Assembly (NCBI GenBank): GCA_038065855.1
Contig: JBBTQD010000013.1
Coordinates: 1 to 57,988 of the forward strand
Length of the DNA stretch: 57,988 nucleotides
Source of the DNA: Patescibacteria group bacterium
Lineage (GTDB): Bacteria; Patescibacteriota; Minisyncoccia; 2-02-FULL-40-12
Reading direction: 5' to 3'
Shown here: positions 34,966-43,460 of the stretch, in pieces
Numbering within the stretch: the stretch's first letter is position 1
Layout of the letters: each line of letters starts with the position of its first letter
Notes under the pieces: generated by a model
The model's input: the letters and a program-made list of their open reading frames with translations, nothing else
Database searches by the model: none
Told to the model about the DNA's origin: nothing
Made by a program: the position numbers and the translations under genes

Positions 34966-35529
34966 ATGACTAAAAAACTTTTAGAGAAATTCAGAAAAGT
35001 AAAAATTCTTGCCCTTGATAATGACGGTGTGCTTACGCCTTTGTATCTTGATACAGGTGTGATTATGACCAAAGAAGCGGCCAGTCAGCATACTGGCCGG
35101 GATTTCGTTTATGTTTTTGAATCAGCCAGATACTCTCATAAAGACGGCCAGGGCATTGATTTAGTGCGTAAGGAAAATGTTGGAGTATCAGTTTTTATTT
35201 TAACGACCCAAAGAAGCGGTTACGTTCAAGCTCGGGCTTGGAAGCTCGGTGTGCCTTTAGTTCAGAATAAAGATAAGGTTGTTGGATTAAAAGAATACTT
35301 AAAAGAAAATTATCCTAAAGTGAGTATGAAAGAAATTTGTTTTGTTGGCGATAGTACCGGCGATATTGAGATAATGAAACTAGTTGGCGTTTCAGCCTGC
35401 GTGGCTGACGGTGCCAAAGAAGCAAAAAAAGTCGCTGATTATGTTACCAAGGCAAAAGGCGGCGATGGAGCAGTAAGAGAAGTCTGTGATTTAATTATTG
35501 AAGCTAAAACTGGCTCCAAAAGAAAATAA
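34966..35529 (+). CDS. KdsC-type HAD-IIIA sugar-acid phosphate phosphatase, divergent copy (#1)
   Basis: ILALDNDGVLT (DxD motif I); VGDSTGDIE (motif IV); C-terminal ADYVTKAKGGDGAVREVCDLII. Carries a ~30-aa insertion after motif I relative to copies #2 and #3. Confidence 0.65.
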   Translation: MTKKLLEKFRKVKILALDNDGVLTPLYLDTGVIMTKEAASQHTGRDFVYVFESARYSHKDGQGIDLVRKENVGVSVFILTTQRSGYVQARAWKLGVPLVQNKDKVVGLKEYLKENYPKVSMKEICFVGDSTGDIEIMKLVGVSACVADGAKEAKKVADYVTKAKGGDGAVREVCDLIIEAKTGSKRK

Positions 35530-35536
35530 TTAGTTA

Positions 35537-36421
35537 ATGGAAAATATTAAACTGTTTCTGCTTTTTATGATTCCCGGCACTTTTTTCGCCGGGCTTTTAG
35601 ACGTAGTAATTCGGTACGCTTTAAGAGAAGGGAAAATAAATGAGAGGCTGCTCCTTGCTTTTAATTTTTTGTTTTCCGGAATTTTGATTTCTTTTCTTTT
35701 TATTTTTTTCTTTGATTTTCCAGAAATCAAACAAGGTTTTTGGCTGGCTTTATTTATGACTTCTGTTATAGGGATGTTCGGCCACTGGACTTACTACAAG
35801 GCCTTTAGTCAGGATGATGCTTCGGTAATTTCTCCAACCAGATTATTGACTCCGCCGTTTGTTTTGATAACCGGTTTTTTTATTTTGGGTGAGAAAGCAT
35901 CTTTTTGGGGTATGGTCGGTGTTTTAACTACAATAGCCGGGCTTTGGTTTTTAGTTAATCCTGAAGGTAAAAAACTTAGCTTGGCTGGAGTTTTTGAGCA
36001 TAAAGGCATACTATTAGGGATACTAGGTGCTTTGTTTTTCGCATTCTCGTTTCCTTTTGATAAAAAAGCAGTAGTAACATCATCGGCTTTGTTTTTCTCG
36101 GCTGTTTATTTGGTTGTTGTTGGATTTGCTAGTCTGATCATTTACGCCGTTCAGAAAAAAGATTTTTCTATTTATAGAAATTTAAAAGCGAACTGGCGGA
36201 TTATTTTTTTGATGGTTGCGGTGAATATCGCCGGTTTTTTCCTGACTGCCCAGGCTCTCAATTATACATTGGCCGCTTATGCCGCCAGCGTTAAACGGCT
36301 TTGGTCATTTTGGGCGGTTGTGTTAAGCGGCCAACTTTTGGGCGAGAAAGATATAGGCCGAAGGTTAGCTGCTACCAGTATAATGCTTAGCGGCATAGTG
36401 ATAACGACTTTGTTTGGATGA
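35537..36421 (+). CDS. EamA/DMT-family transporter
   Basis: 294 aa with about 10 TM helices in two similar halves; the ends match typical EamA repeats (...ISPTRLLTPPFVLITGFFILGEK...; ...ASVKRLWSFWAVVLSGQLLGEK...). Confidence 0.65.
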   Translation: MENIKLFLLFMIPGTFFAGLLDVVIRYALREGKINERLLLAFNFLFSGILISFLFIFFFDFPEIKQGFWLALFMTSVIGMFGHWTYYKAFSQDDASVISPTRLLTPPFVLITGFFILGEKASFWGMVGVLTTIAGLWFLVNPEGKKLSLAGVFEHKGILLGILGALFFAFSFPFDKKAVVTSSALFFSAVYLVVVGFASLIIYAVQKKDFSIYRNLKANWRIIFLMVAVNIAGFFLTAQALNYTLAAYAASVKRLWSFWAVVLSGQLLGEKDIGRRLAATSIMLSGIVITTLFG

Positions 36422-36423
36422 AT

Positions 36424-36948
36424 TTATTTAATTTTTCCTTCTTTGGCTAAAACAACTAAATCGCAGATTTCTCTTACTGCATGATCCCCGCCTTTTCTTT
36501 TAGTTATATAATCAGCTACTTTTTTACAATTCGGATTAGCGTCAGCAACAGTAAAAGACAGTCCAGCATATTGCATACATTCTAAATCGTTCCAGTCATC
36601 ACCCATAAAAGCCGCCTCCGAGGGGTTTATCTTTTTTTCTTTAAGGATTTTTTTAAAGAGAGTTAATTTATCGTTTATCCCGTGAGCATATTCAGTTTTA
36701 AGTTTTTTACTTCGCGTGGCCACTATTTTGTTTGGTTCTTTTGAAATAACTATTAATTTAAGGCCAAGACGTTGCAATTCATTAATACCCAGTCCGTCTT
36801 TGCGACTACAAACAACATGTTCAATTCCATCTTCGCTCAATATAACCTTTCCATCAGTAAAGATGCCATCAAAATCAAAACCGATGAGTTTAAGTTTTTT
36901 AAGTTTTAGTAAAAGTTTTTTAGGAATTTTTATATAGTTGTTTGACAT
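36424..36948 (-). CDS. KdsC-type HAD-IIIA phosphatase (#2)
   Basis: LIGFDFDGIFTDG...CSRKDGLGI...ISKEPN...MGDDWNDLECMQYAGLSFTVADA...ADYITKRKGGDHAVREICDLV. Confidence 0.8.
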   Translation of the reverse strand: MSNNYIKIPKKLLLKLKKLKLIGFDFDGIFTDGKVILSEDGIEHVVCSRKDGLGINELQRLGLKLIVISKEPNKIVATRSKKLKTEYAHGINDKLTLFKKILKEKKINPSEAAFMGDDWNDLECMQYAGLSFTVADANPNCKKVADYITKRKGGDHAVREICDLVVLAKEGKIK

Positions 36949-36970
36949 ATTATTGATTTAATTATATAAG
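36942..36970 (+). promoter_or_regulatory. Sigma70-like promoter candidate for the P-loop gene
   Basis: TTGACA (36942-36947), 17-nt spacer, TATAAG (36965-36970). About 48 nt upstream of the ATG at 37019, with AAGGAGG at 37007-37013. Confidence 0.45.
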
Positions 36971-37018
36971 TTATTAGTTCGAAAAAGTCAATAGTAATTT
37001 ACCAAAAAGGAGGATGAG

Positions 37019-37753
37019 ATGGATAGTAATCAAAGAATCTTGGTTGGGGTTTTTTCCGGATTGGTCTTCAGCGGTAAGTCGTTCTTTCGGACTTGGGTGA
37101 TGAGTCTGCCCGATTACAAGGACGCCGTGTTTGTAGCCATGGATGACATCCGTCAGCGCTTCTGGCCGAAGAGAAGCGACACTCACATCGTTAAGACCGA
37201 GCATGTTTTCAAGAACGAGGCGACTCGGTTTGAAGTGAAGACCAAGTTGATAATAGAGAGGCCGCTAGCTGTGTTTCTGGAAATGGTGATGCTGACTCGT
37301 GAGGCTCATCAGCGGCCATTTGTGGAGATGATTAAGAGCGTGAATGAGTACCTTCAGACCATCGGAAGAGAAGAGGCCCAGAGAGACGGCAAGCCAGCTT
37401 CCGAATCACCAGTTGAAGTGGATTTCAGGTGCATCTACTTTTACTGTGATTTAGAGACGGTAAAACGGCGAATCGGTTATCGCCAGCGGGAGTTGGAAAC
37501 CGTCGGTAATATATTTAATGCCAGCGTGTTCGATTTCAGCGGTTTCCTGCGCGGAGCCCAACAGATTGAGATTCCGCCGGCTGGCTACATCCCTTTGTAC
37601 CTTGATACTTCAGACGAGTCGGAAGCGGCACTGACTCGCCAGCGCGAAGAGATTCTTTCTTTTTTGAGAGGCGAGATGCCGATCAGTGAAGAAGAACTTC
37701 AGAGACGCGCTGTCGATGCAGTCAGTTTTCTTGACGAAGCTCGTCGTGCCTAA
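37019..37753 (+). CDS. P-loop NTPase / putative small-molecule kinase
   Basis: Walker A GLVFSGKS at the N-terminus (ILVGVFSGLVFSGKS), 244 aa, acidic C-terminal tail. Sampled GC is about 53%. Strong SD. Confidence 0.5.
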   Translation: MDSNQRILVGVFSGLVFSGKSFFRTWVMSLPDYKDAVFVAMDDIRQRFWPKRSDTHIVKTEHVFKNEATRFEVKTKLIIERPLAVFLEMVMLTREAHQRPFVEMIKSVNEYLQTIGREEAQRDGKPASESPVEVDFRCIYFYCDLETVKRRIGYRQRELETVGNIFNASVFDFSGFLRGAQQIEIPPAGYIPLYLDTSDESEAALTRQREEILSFLRGEMPISEEELQRRAVDAVSFLDEARRA

Positions 37754-37780
37754 AATGGTGAATAGGTCGGTAAGAGGCCA

Positions 37781-37816
37781 AAGGCGGAATCTGAAATTTG
37801 ATTCCGCCTTTTTAAT
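37781..37816 (+). terminator. Rho-independent terminator
   Basis: aaggcggaatc-tgaaattt-gattccgcctt followed by tttaatt. Confidence 0.7.
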
Positions 37817-37846
37817 TATGTTAGCTTATATAAATTAAGTAAATTT

Positions 37847-38668
37847 ATGAAGAAGATTCACTTTTCTTACTTTAATATTAAACTTAAGGCTTCAAAGGTT
37901 AAATTAAGTTACTTTGATCGTCCTGGCAAAAAAGGGACGATTGTTTTCATCCACGGTTTAGGCTGTTCAAAAGAAGATTTTATCAATGCCGTAAAAGTTA
38001 AAGGACTTAAAGATTATGAAATTTTTGTTTTTGATTGGCCGGGAGCGGGCAGATCTTCTTACCCTTCTAAAAAGAGTTTAGGGATTAATGATTTAGTTGA
38101 AGTTATTGATTATGTTGTTAAGAAATTTTCATTTAAAAAGTTTATTTTGGTTGGCCATAGTCTTGGTGGAGTAGTCGGTCTTTTATACAGCGTGAAGCAC
38201 CCCCGAAAAGTAGCTGGTTTCATAAATATAGAAGGTAGTTTAGTTTCTCGGAATGCCCGATGGTCTCGAAAGATTAGAAAAATGGGTTTTAGAATCTTTA
38301 AAAATGGGCCGTTTCAGGAATTGAAATCTGCTTTAAAAAAATCTAAAAATTTTGGTTTCAGAAAATACGCCAAAACTTTAGATTCGGTTTTAATAAAATC
38401 TTACTTTGATTTTAGTGTTTCTCACGCCAAAATTTGTAAAAATGAATATCTTCTCAAAAAGTTTTTGGAACTAAAATTACCCAAAATTTTTATTCATGGC
38501 GCAGAAAATAAAAACTGGGTGCCAGTTATAAAGAAATTAAAAAAGAGCGGATGTTCAGTTGCAGGCATATCTAAAAGTCATCACTTTTCATTTATTGATA
38601 ATCCGTCTCTATTTTATAAAGTATTGGCTAAATTTGCTGATGAAGTTTTTGCCAACCAAAAATCTTGA
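37847..38668 (+). CDS. Alpha/beta-fold hydrolase
   Basis: IVFIHGLGCSKEDF (oxyanion region); LVGHSLGG nucleophile elbow; C-terminal SHHFSFIDNP (His). Sampled GC is about 30%. Confidence 0.75.
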   Translation: MKKIHFSYFNIKLKASKVKLSYFDRPGKKGTIVFIHGLGCSKEDFINAVKVKGLKDYEIFVFDWPGAGRSSYPSKKSLGINDLVEVIDYVVKKFSFKKFILVGHSLGGVVGLLYSVKHPRKVAGFINIEGSLVSRNARWSRKIRKMGFRIFKNGPFQELKSALKKSKNFGFRKYAKTLDSVLIKSYFDFSVSHAKICKNEYLLKKFLELKLPKIFIHGAENKNWVPVIKKLKKSGCSVAGISKSHHFSFIDNPSLFYKVLAKFADEVFANQKS

Positions 38669-38693
38669 CAAAAACATTTTATTCTTTTATATT
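38665..38693 (+). promoter_or_regulatory. Sigma70-like promoter candidate for the methyltransferase-cupin pair
   Basis: TTGACA (38665-38670, overlapping the hydrolase stop codon), 17-nt spacer, TATATT (38688-38693). About 70 nt upstream of the ATG at 38766. Confidence 0.5.
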
Positions 38694-38765
38694 CTTTCAA
38701 GCTTCGAGGGATTAAAACCAGCCTCGTTTTAAAAATTAAAGATGAGTTCTAAAGGAAGGTGAAAA

Positions 38766-39845
38766 ATGAACAGCGGTCCGATTCACGCCTATGATCCCAA
38801 AGGCGATCTTTTTGAAGGTTTGTTCCCGGTCATTTATTCTGTTGAAGGCTGGGTTCGCGGTTCGTATCTGCGTCAATCTCAGAATTCAGCACTTCTAGCC
38901 GAAATGGCAAGCGGCGGTCTGAGAGGCAAGGATATTTTAGACATCGGCTGTGGCTACGGTACCACCGCCTTTGCTATTTCTAGCTTCTTCCCGGCCTCAA
39001 TAACGGCTATTGATAGCTCCAAGGCAATGATCGAAATGATGAGGTTTTTGCTTTTGGAGAATGGCGATATTGAGGTATGGTTGATTCAGAGAGGAGCTAA
39101 AGAGGTTTTGGGCCGGCGGTTTGAGCGTACGGCCGAGTACCTGAAGTTTTTCCGGCGATGCTTTCGTCAGAACAGCTTCTGGGCTGAATCCGCTAATCTC
39201 AAAGTAGTCAACTCACTCTTGATGGATTTTTCTTCAAATGTTCCTTTTGATGTGGCTATCGCCAATAATGTTCTTCATTGGCCGGTCAACCAACTCAAGA
39301 AGAAGCACGAAGAAGGGGGACGCAAGCCTGAAACCGACGACTGTATCGTGGAGGCGTTGTTGAAAGTCAAGACTCTTTTGAAGCCTGGCGGAACTCTAGT
39401 GATGATGGAGCCCCGCCAGGTTACCGCCTTAGATACAGATTCTTCTCGAGCAAAAAACTTCGACAAGTTCGGTTCCAACAGCAATCCTGTGTTCGTTAAG
39501 CTGAACCTAACTCTGAATAGGATTCTTATGGAGAGGTACTCTATCGAAAGAGGTGCTCCAAAGGACATCGAGATGTTTAGGACCAGCCGGATGCGGGATT
39601 TGGGCAATAAAGCCGGTTTTGAACTTGAGAGGATGGTTGTGATTGAAGAACCGTCCTTCATCAGGTCGGTTGATTTTTATCCGACCATCATTCCAATCAA
39701 TCTGGCGACTGTGGGTCTGCCATTGACAGAAAAAGTCAAAATCATTCGTGAAGCCGAGGCTGAACTGAATGACACTTTGACTGAAGAAGAAAAGAATCTG
39801 CCAATGCAATCCCAAGCCTTCTACTTCGTTTTCCGGACGGTTTAG
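38766..39845 (+). CDS. Class I SAM-dependent methyltransferase with large insertions
   Basis: ILDIGCGYGTTAFAI (motif I), ITAIDSSKAMIE, FDVAIANNVLHW, LKPGGTLVMMEP. 359 aa. Confidence 0.7.
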   Translation: MNSGPIHAYDPKGDLFEGLFPVIYSVEGWVRGSYLRQSQNSALLAEMASGGLRGKDILDIGCGYGTTAFAISSFFPASITAIDSSKAMIEMMRFLLLENGDIEVWLIQRGAKEVLGRRFERTAEYLKFFRRCFRQNSFWAESANLKVVNSLLMDFSSNVPFDVAIANNVLHWPVNQLKKKHEEGGRKPETDDCIVEALLKVKTLLKPGGTLVMMEPRQVTALDTDSSRAKNFDKFGSNSNPVFVKLNLTLNRILMERYSIERGAPKDIEMFRTSRMRDLGNKAGFELERMVVIEEPSFIRSVDFYPTIIPINLATVGLPLTEKVKIIREAEAELNDTLTEEEKNLPMQSQAFYFVFRTV

Positions 39846-39860
39846 CCCGAAGGAGAAAAA

Positions 39861-40322
39861 ATGAGCGAGCTAAGACCATTCAGGTATGTGTTAGCTAAAA
39901 CAGTCAAAGATTTTTTTGACTGTCCTCTAGAACGGGGAAGCCGCGTTCTGGAAGGATCGAAGAAACTCTACGAAGAGGGGTTTCCGGCCAGATTCGTCCG
40001 GAACTTTCACGTGGAGCATCGGCTGGCCGAAGTTCATCTTCACGAGGATGATGTTTTTTTCTGCATGTACGGTAGTGTTCGCTTCGTTCTCGGTGGCCGG
40101 CTCGTTGATCCTTGGACAAAGAATGGCCTGACTTTCCTTGCAGACAGCATCGAGGGCGGCGAGGAAGTTGTTCTTTCCGATGGCGACTGGCTGCACATCC
40201 CGGCTGGCCAGGCCCATCAGCACTTTACTTCAAACTTTTGCCACTTGATGGTGGTGAAGACAGCTCCGCCGGAAGGCAAGGTCCGGTTGGAGTATTTAGA
40301 GGGCATCGAGATCAAAACCTGA
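39861..40322 (+). CDS. Cupin-fold protein
   Basis: HLHEDDVFFCMYGSVRFVLGG...GDWLHIPAGQAHQH resembles a two-motif cupin. GAAGGAG SD lies 5 nt upstream of the start. Confidence 0.55.
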   Translation: MSELRPFRYVLAKTVKDFFDCPLERGSRVLEGSKKLYEEGFPARFVRNFHVEHRLAEVHLHEDDVFFCMYGSVRFVLGGRLVDPWTKNGLTFLADSIEGGEEVVLSDGDWLHIPAGQAHQHFTSNFCHLMVVKTAPPEGKVRLEYLEGIEIKT

Positions 40323-40333
40323 TCTTAATTGCG

Positions 40334-40366
40334 AACGGGTTCGCCAGATGGCGAACCCGTTTTACT
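40334..40366 (+). terminator. Rho-independent terminator at a convergent junction
   Basis: aacgggttcgcc-agat-ggcgaacccgtt followed by ttactttta. The T-tract runs into the stop codon of the convergent cytidylyltransferase gene. Confidence 0.65.
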
Positions 40367-40367
40367 T

Positions 40368-41105
40368 TTATATCTTTAGAATCCCTTTCTTTCTTAGTTT
40401 CTGAAATTTCATTTCTGCGTCAGCCCACTCATCAGGAGTATTGATGTCAGCCTCGTAATTTGACGGGTCGGGGATGATATAAAGTTCCACTTTATTGCCG
40501 TAAAGATTAGATTTTTTCTCAAAAAGATTTTTTGGCTTTAAGACATAGATAAGGTCATTCCGGGCATAGCACTTTTGCGGAAAGTCCTGGCTCCGGGTAA
40601 TGATATTTTTCAAACTTACTCCGCCCCAGAGACTGACTTTTCCTTTTGGAGAGCGAATTAGAGTCCAATAAGGTGTATGATTGGCTGGAGTTTCATTGAC
40701 TGCCACGACCGAGCTAACCTTCTTCTTTTTGAAAATTTCAATTGCTTCGTCAATGTGGCGGGTTTGTCTTAAGGGGGCAGTAGGCATTAAAAGAACCAAA
40801 GCATTGGCCTTGTAATTCTCGTTTTTCAAAAGCCATTCATAAGCGTGTTTCAAAGTCGGCTCGATACCAATAGTCGGGATAGCTAACTCGGCTGGTCTTA
40901 AAAACGGGACTTCAGCACCGTATTTTTTGGCGATTCTGGCGATTTCTTTATCGTCGGTGGAAACGATTACTCGATCTAGCTGTTTGCTTTTAAGGGCGTT
41001 TAAAATAGTCCAGGCAATCATTGGCTTGCCGCAGAAGTTCCTTATATTTTTTTTCGGTATTCTCTTTGACCCGCCCCGCGCCGGGATAACTGCTACGATT
41101 TTCAT
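40368..41105 (-). CDS. Acylneuraminate/ulosonate cytidylyltransferase (CTP_transf_3 family)
   Basis: MKIVAVIPARGGSKRIPKKNIRNFCGKPMIAWTI...VIVSTDD...LRPAELA.... Confidence 0.85.
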   Translation of the reverse strand: MKIVAVIPARGGSKRIPKKNIRNFCGKPMIAWTILNALKSKQLDRVIVSTDDKEIARIAKKYGAEVPFLRPAELAIPTIGIEPTLKHAYEWLLKNENYKANALVLLMPTAPLRQTRHIDEAIEIFKKKKVSSVVAVNETPANHTPYWTLIRSPKGKVSLWGGVSLKNIITRSQDFPQKCYARNDLIYVLKPKNLFEKKSNLYGNKVELYIIPDPSNYEADINTPDEWADAEMKFQKLRKKGILKI

Positions 41106-41145
41106 GATGCGTTAACTTTAAATCATTCTTATTTGTAAATCAATA

Positions 41146-41694
41146 TTGGACAAAAATAACGATATATTTTATAGTGTTTCAGTGAAAAAAGTTTCTTCTG
41201 TTTTGGAGAAAAAATTAAAAAACATTAAATTCATCGGCTTTGATTTTGACGGGGTTTTTACTGATGCCAGAGTTTATCTTAACCAAGATGGTGTTGAAAC
41301 TATAGTTTGCAGCCGGCGTGACAGCTTGGGCCTTAATCAGATTCGGAAACTTGGGATAAAGCTTGCCGTCATCTCTATGGAGCCGAATCCGGTCATTACC
41401 AAGCGCTGCGAAAAACTAAATATCCCTTGTCATACAGGTAAAGAAAAACTGCCGATGTTTAAGGAAGTTATAAAGTCAGAAAAATTAAAACCAAACCAAG
41501 TCGCTTATTTTGGCGATGACTTGAATGATTTGGAGTGTCTGAAATATGCTGGTTTAGCTTTTACCGTCGCCGATGGCGCGCCGGCCTGCTTAAAAGAAGC
41601 CGACTACGTGACCGAAAGGCGAAGCGGAGATCATGCTGTCAGAGAAGTTTGCGACCTTATTCTCAAAGCCCACAAAGTTAGCCGCTACTTATAA
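41146..41694 (+). CDS. KdsC-type HAD-IIIA phosphatase (#3)
   Basis: FIGFDFDGVFTDA...CSRRDSLGL...ISMEPN...FGDDLNDLECLKYAGLAFTVADG...ADYVTERRSGDHAVREVCDLI. About half the residues are identical to copy #2 by eye. The listed start is TTG, so the exact start is uncertain. Confidence 0.8.
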   Translation: MDKNNDIFYSVSVKKVSSVLEKKLKNIKFIGFDFDGVFTDARVYLNQDGVETIVCSRRDSLGLNQIRKLGIKLAVISMEPNPVITKRCEKLNIPCHTGKEKLPMFKEVIKSEKLKPNQVAYFGDDLNDLECLKYAGLAFTVADGAPACLKEADYVTERRSGDHAVREVCDLILKAHKVSRYL

Positions 41695-42506
41695 TGAAAA
41701 ATCCAATCGGCATAATGCAGGGGCGGTTATCGCCTTCACTTGACGGAAGATTTCAGTTTTTCCCCAGTGACTGGCAGGCCGAATTTAAAATTGCCAAAGA
41801 GTTAGGCTTTGATTTGATTGAGTGGTTTGTTGATTATAGAGACGACGAGCCAAACTCGGTCGGTTTATGGACAGACGATTCAACCAGAAAAAAGATTGAG
41901 GAAGCTTCTAAAATAGTTTCGGTTGTTTCGGCTGATTGCGGCCGACTGGGTCTTTCCGGTAAAAGTTTTTCTGAAAAGTTATTCAAAGATTTTATCTCTT
42001 CGGCTTCCGGAAAAATAAAAACATTCAATATCCCGCTTCTGGAAGAAGCTTCAATTAAGGATGAATTAGCCAGAAAAGAGGCGCTTCAAAACATTGAACA
42101 AATTTTGGAATACGCCGATAAATTTGATGTCCGGATTGGTTTGGAGGTGGATCTAAGAGCCGAAGAACTACTGGATTTTATAAATAAGATCAATTCTTCA
42201 AGAATAGGAGTTTGCTATGATATTGGGAACTGCACTTCCTACGGTTTTAATTGTCCGGAAGAAATAAGAATTTTGGGCGATAAAATATTTGAAGTTCATT
42301 TAAAAGACCGGAAAGTCGGCGGCAATCAGTCGATGACTTTAGGAGAGGCCGATGCCGACTTTGATGGTTGCTTTTTGGCTCTAAAAGAGATAGGATATAA
42401 AGGCAATTATATCTTACAGGCTTGGCGCGGTAAGGATTATCTTGACGATGCCAGAAAACAGCTTGAATTTACCAAAAATAAACTAAATAACCCTGAAAAT
42501 GTCTAA
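41694..42506 (+). CDS. Xylose-isomerase-like TIM-barrel sugar(-phosphate) isomerase/epimerase
   Basis: PIGIMQGRLSP...AKELGFDLIEW...GLEVD...CYDIGN...EVHLKD... gives the metal-ligand spacing of the AP_endonuc_2 / UlaE-SgbU-like family. Confidence 0.65.
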   Translation: MKNPIGIMQGRLSPSLDGRFQFFPSDWQAEFKIAKELGFDLIEWFVDYRDDEPNSVGLWTDDSTRKKIEEASKIVSVVSADCGRLGLSGKSFSEKLFKDFISSASGKIKTFNIPLLEEASIKDELARKEALQNIEQILEYADKFDVRIGLEVDLRAEELLDFINKINSSRIGVCYDIGNCTSYGFNCPEEIRILGDKIFEVHLKDRKVGGNQSMTLGEADADFDGCFLALKEIGYKGNYILQAWRGKDYLDDARKQLEFTKNKLNNPENV

Positions 42507-43320
42507 ATCATTGGAATCTTTTTCACTGAAAGACAAAGTTATAATTATTACCGGCGGAACCGGGAATTTGGGAGTTGATTATTGCGCCGGCCTTTTAAAA
42601 GCCGGAGCCACGGTTATATCTTGGGATTTAAATCCTAAAACAGAAGAAGTTTCAAATAAACTTAAAGAACGCGGCGCCGACACAAATAGGTTTCACAATC
42701 TTAAGGTTGACATTACCAGCGAATCAGAAGTTCAGGCGGCGGTTCAAAATTGTCTTAATTCTTTCGGAAAGATTGACGCATTGATAAATAATGCGGCCAT
42801 GAATCCGGCTGTCGGCATTGACGAGTCAAAAAAATTGTTTGTTCCTTATGAAGAATACCCGATAGAGCTTTGGGAAAAGGAGCTGAAGGTCAATCTTACC
42901 GGGATGATGATTTGTACCAAATCGGTGGCGCCGACAATGATGAAACAGAAAAACGGCTCAATAGTGAATATTGCTTCTGAAGTGGCTAACATTGCCCATG
43001 ATCACAGAGTTTATAACGAACCGGATAAATTTAAGTCGGTTGCCTATGTGACCACCAAGACCGGTATTTTGGGATTTACTCGGCAATGGGCCGCCCGGCT
43101 CGGTTCTTACAATATCCGAGTAAACGCTTTTTCTCCGGGTGGTGTTCAATCGCCGAATGTGCCTAAAGACTTTGCTGAAAGATTCGGCCGGATGAATATG
43201 TTCGGCCGGATGGCCCAACCAGGTGAGTATAACGGCGTGATTATTTTTCTCTGTTCTGATGCTTCTTCTTTTATGACCGGCGCCAATCTGACCGTTGACG
43301 GTGGCAAAAGTGCCTGGTAA
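42499..43320 (+). CDS. Short-chain dehydrogenase/reductase
   Basis: VIIITGGTGNLG; NNAAMNP; S...YVTTK (Ser-Tyr-Lys triad). Confidence 0.85.
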   Translation: MSKSLESFSLKDKVIIITGGTGNLGVDYCAGLLKAGATVISWDLNPKTEEVSNKLKERGADTNRFHNLKVDITSESEVQAAVQNCLNSFGKIDALINNAAMNPAVGIDESKKLFVPYEEYPIELWEKELKVNLTGMMICTKSVAPTMMKQKNGSIVNIASEVANIAHDHRVYNEPDKFKSVAYVTTKTGILGFTRQWAARLGSYNIRVNAFSPGGVQSPNVPKDFAERFGRMNMFGRMAQPGEYNGVIIFLCSDASSFMTGANLTVDGGKSAW

Positions 43321-43400
43321 ATTTAATTTGATGCTTAATCCTCTTGCCAAGTTGGCGAACTTTCTTCGTCTGCGCCCCTCTTTAGAAACAGGAGATGTCC

Positions 43401-43436
43401 AAGGCGCGATGCCCCCATCGCGCCTTTCTTTTTTAT
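43401..43436 (+). terminator. Rho-independent terminator after the SDR gene
   Basis: aaggcgcgatg-cccc-catcgcgcctt followed by tctttttt. It lies inside the listed ORF 43395..44474, which argues that ORF really starts downstream. Confidence 0.7.
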
Positions 43437-43460
43437 ATTGCATTTGGTAAGATTATTTTA

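Noticed and set aside
37019-37753. A zeta-toxin-like toxin-antitoxin interpretation of the P-loop protein.
   Set aside because: No small partner ORF is adjacent, and the gene is monocistronic between a promoter-like site and a terminator. The context is entirely carbohydrate metabolism.
33087-41105. A fosfomycin/phosphonate-like reading of the B12-rSAM, cupin, kinase and cytidylyltransferase genes (by analogy to Fom3, HppE, FomA/B and the Fom1 CyTase domain).
   Set aside because: No PEP mutase, phosphonopyruvate decarboxylase or other phosphonate gene is recognisable in the window. The surrounding genes (NeuB-like, KdsC-like, GmhA, GT9) point to sugar-acid chemistry instead. The idea remains a remote possibility only.
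42958-43460. A minus-strand 161-aa ORF (42958-43443), and the N-terminal 22 codons of the listed ORF 43395-44474.
   Set aside because: Both run across an 11-bp GC-rich hairpin plus T-run (43401-43436) that is best read as the terminator of the SDR gene. The minus ORF is antisense to a well-supported SDR. The NeuB-like gene has a good ATG at 43461.
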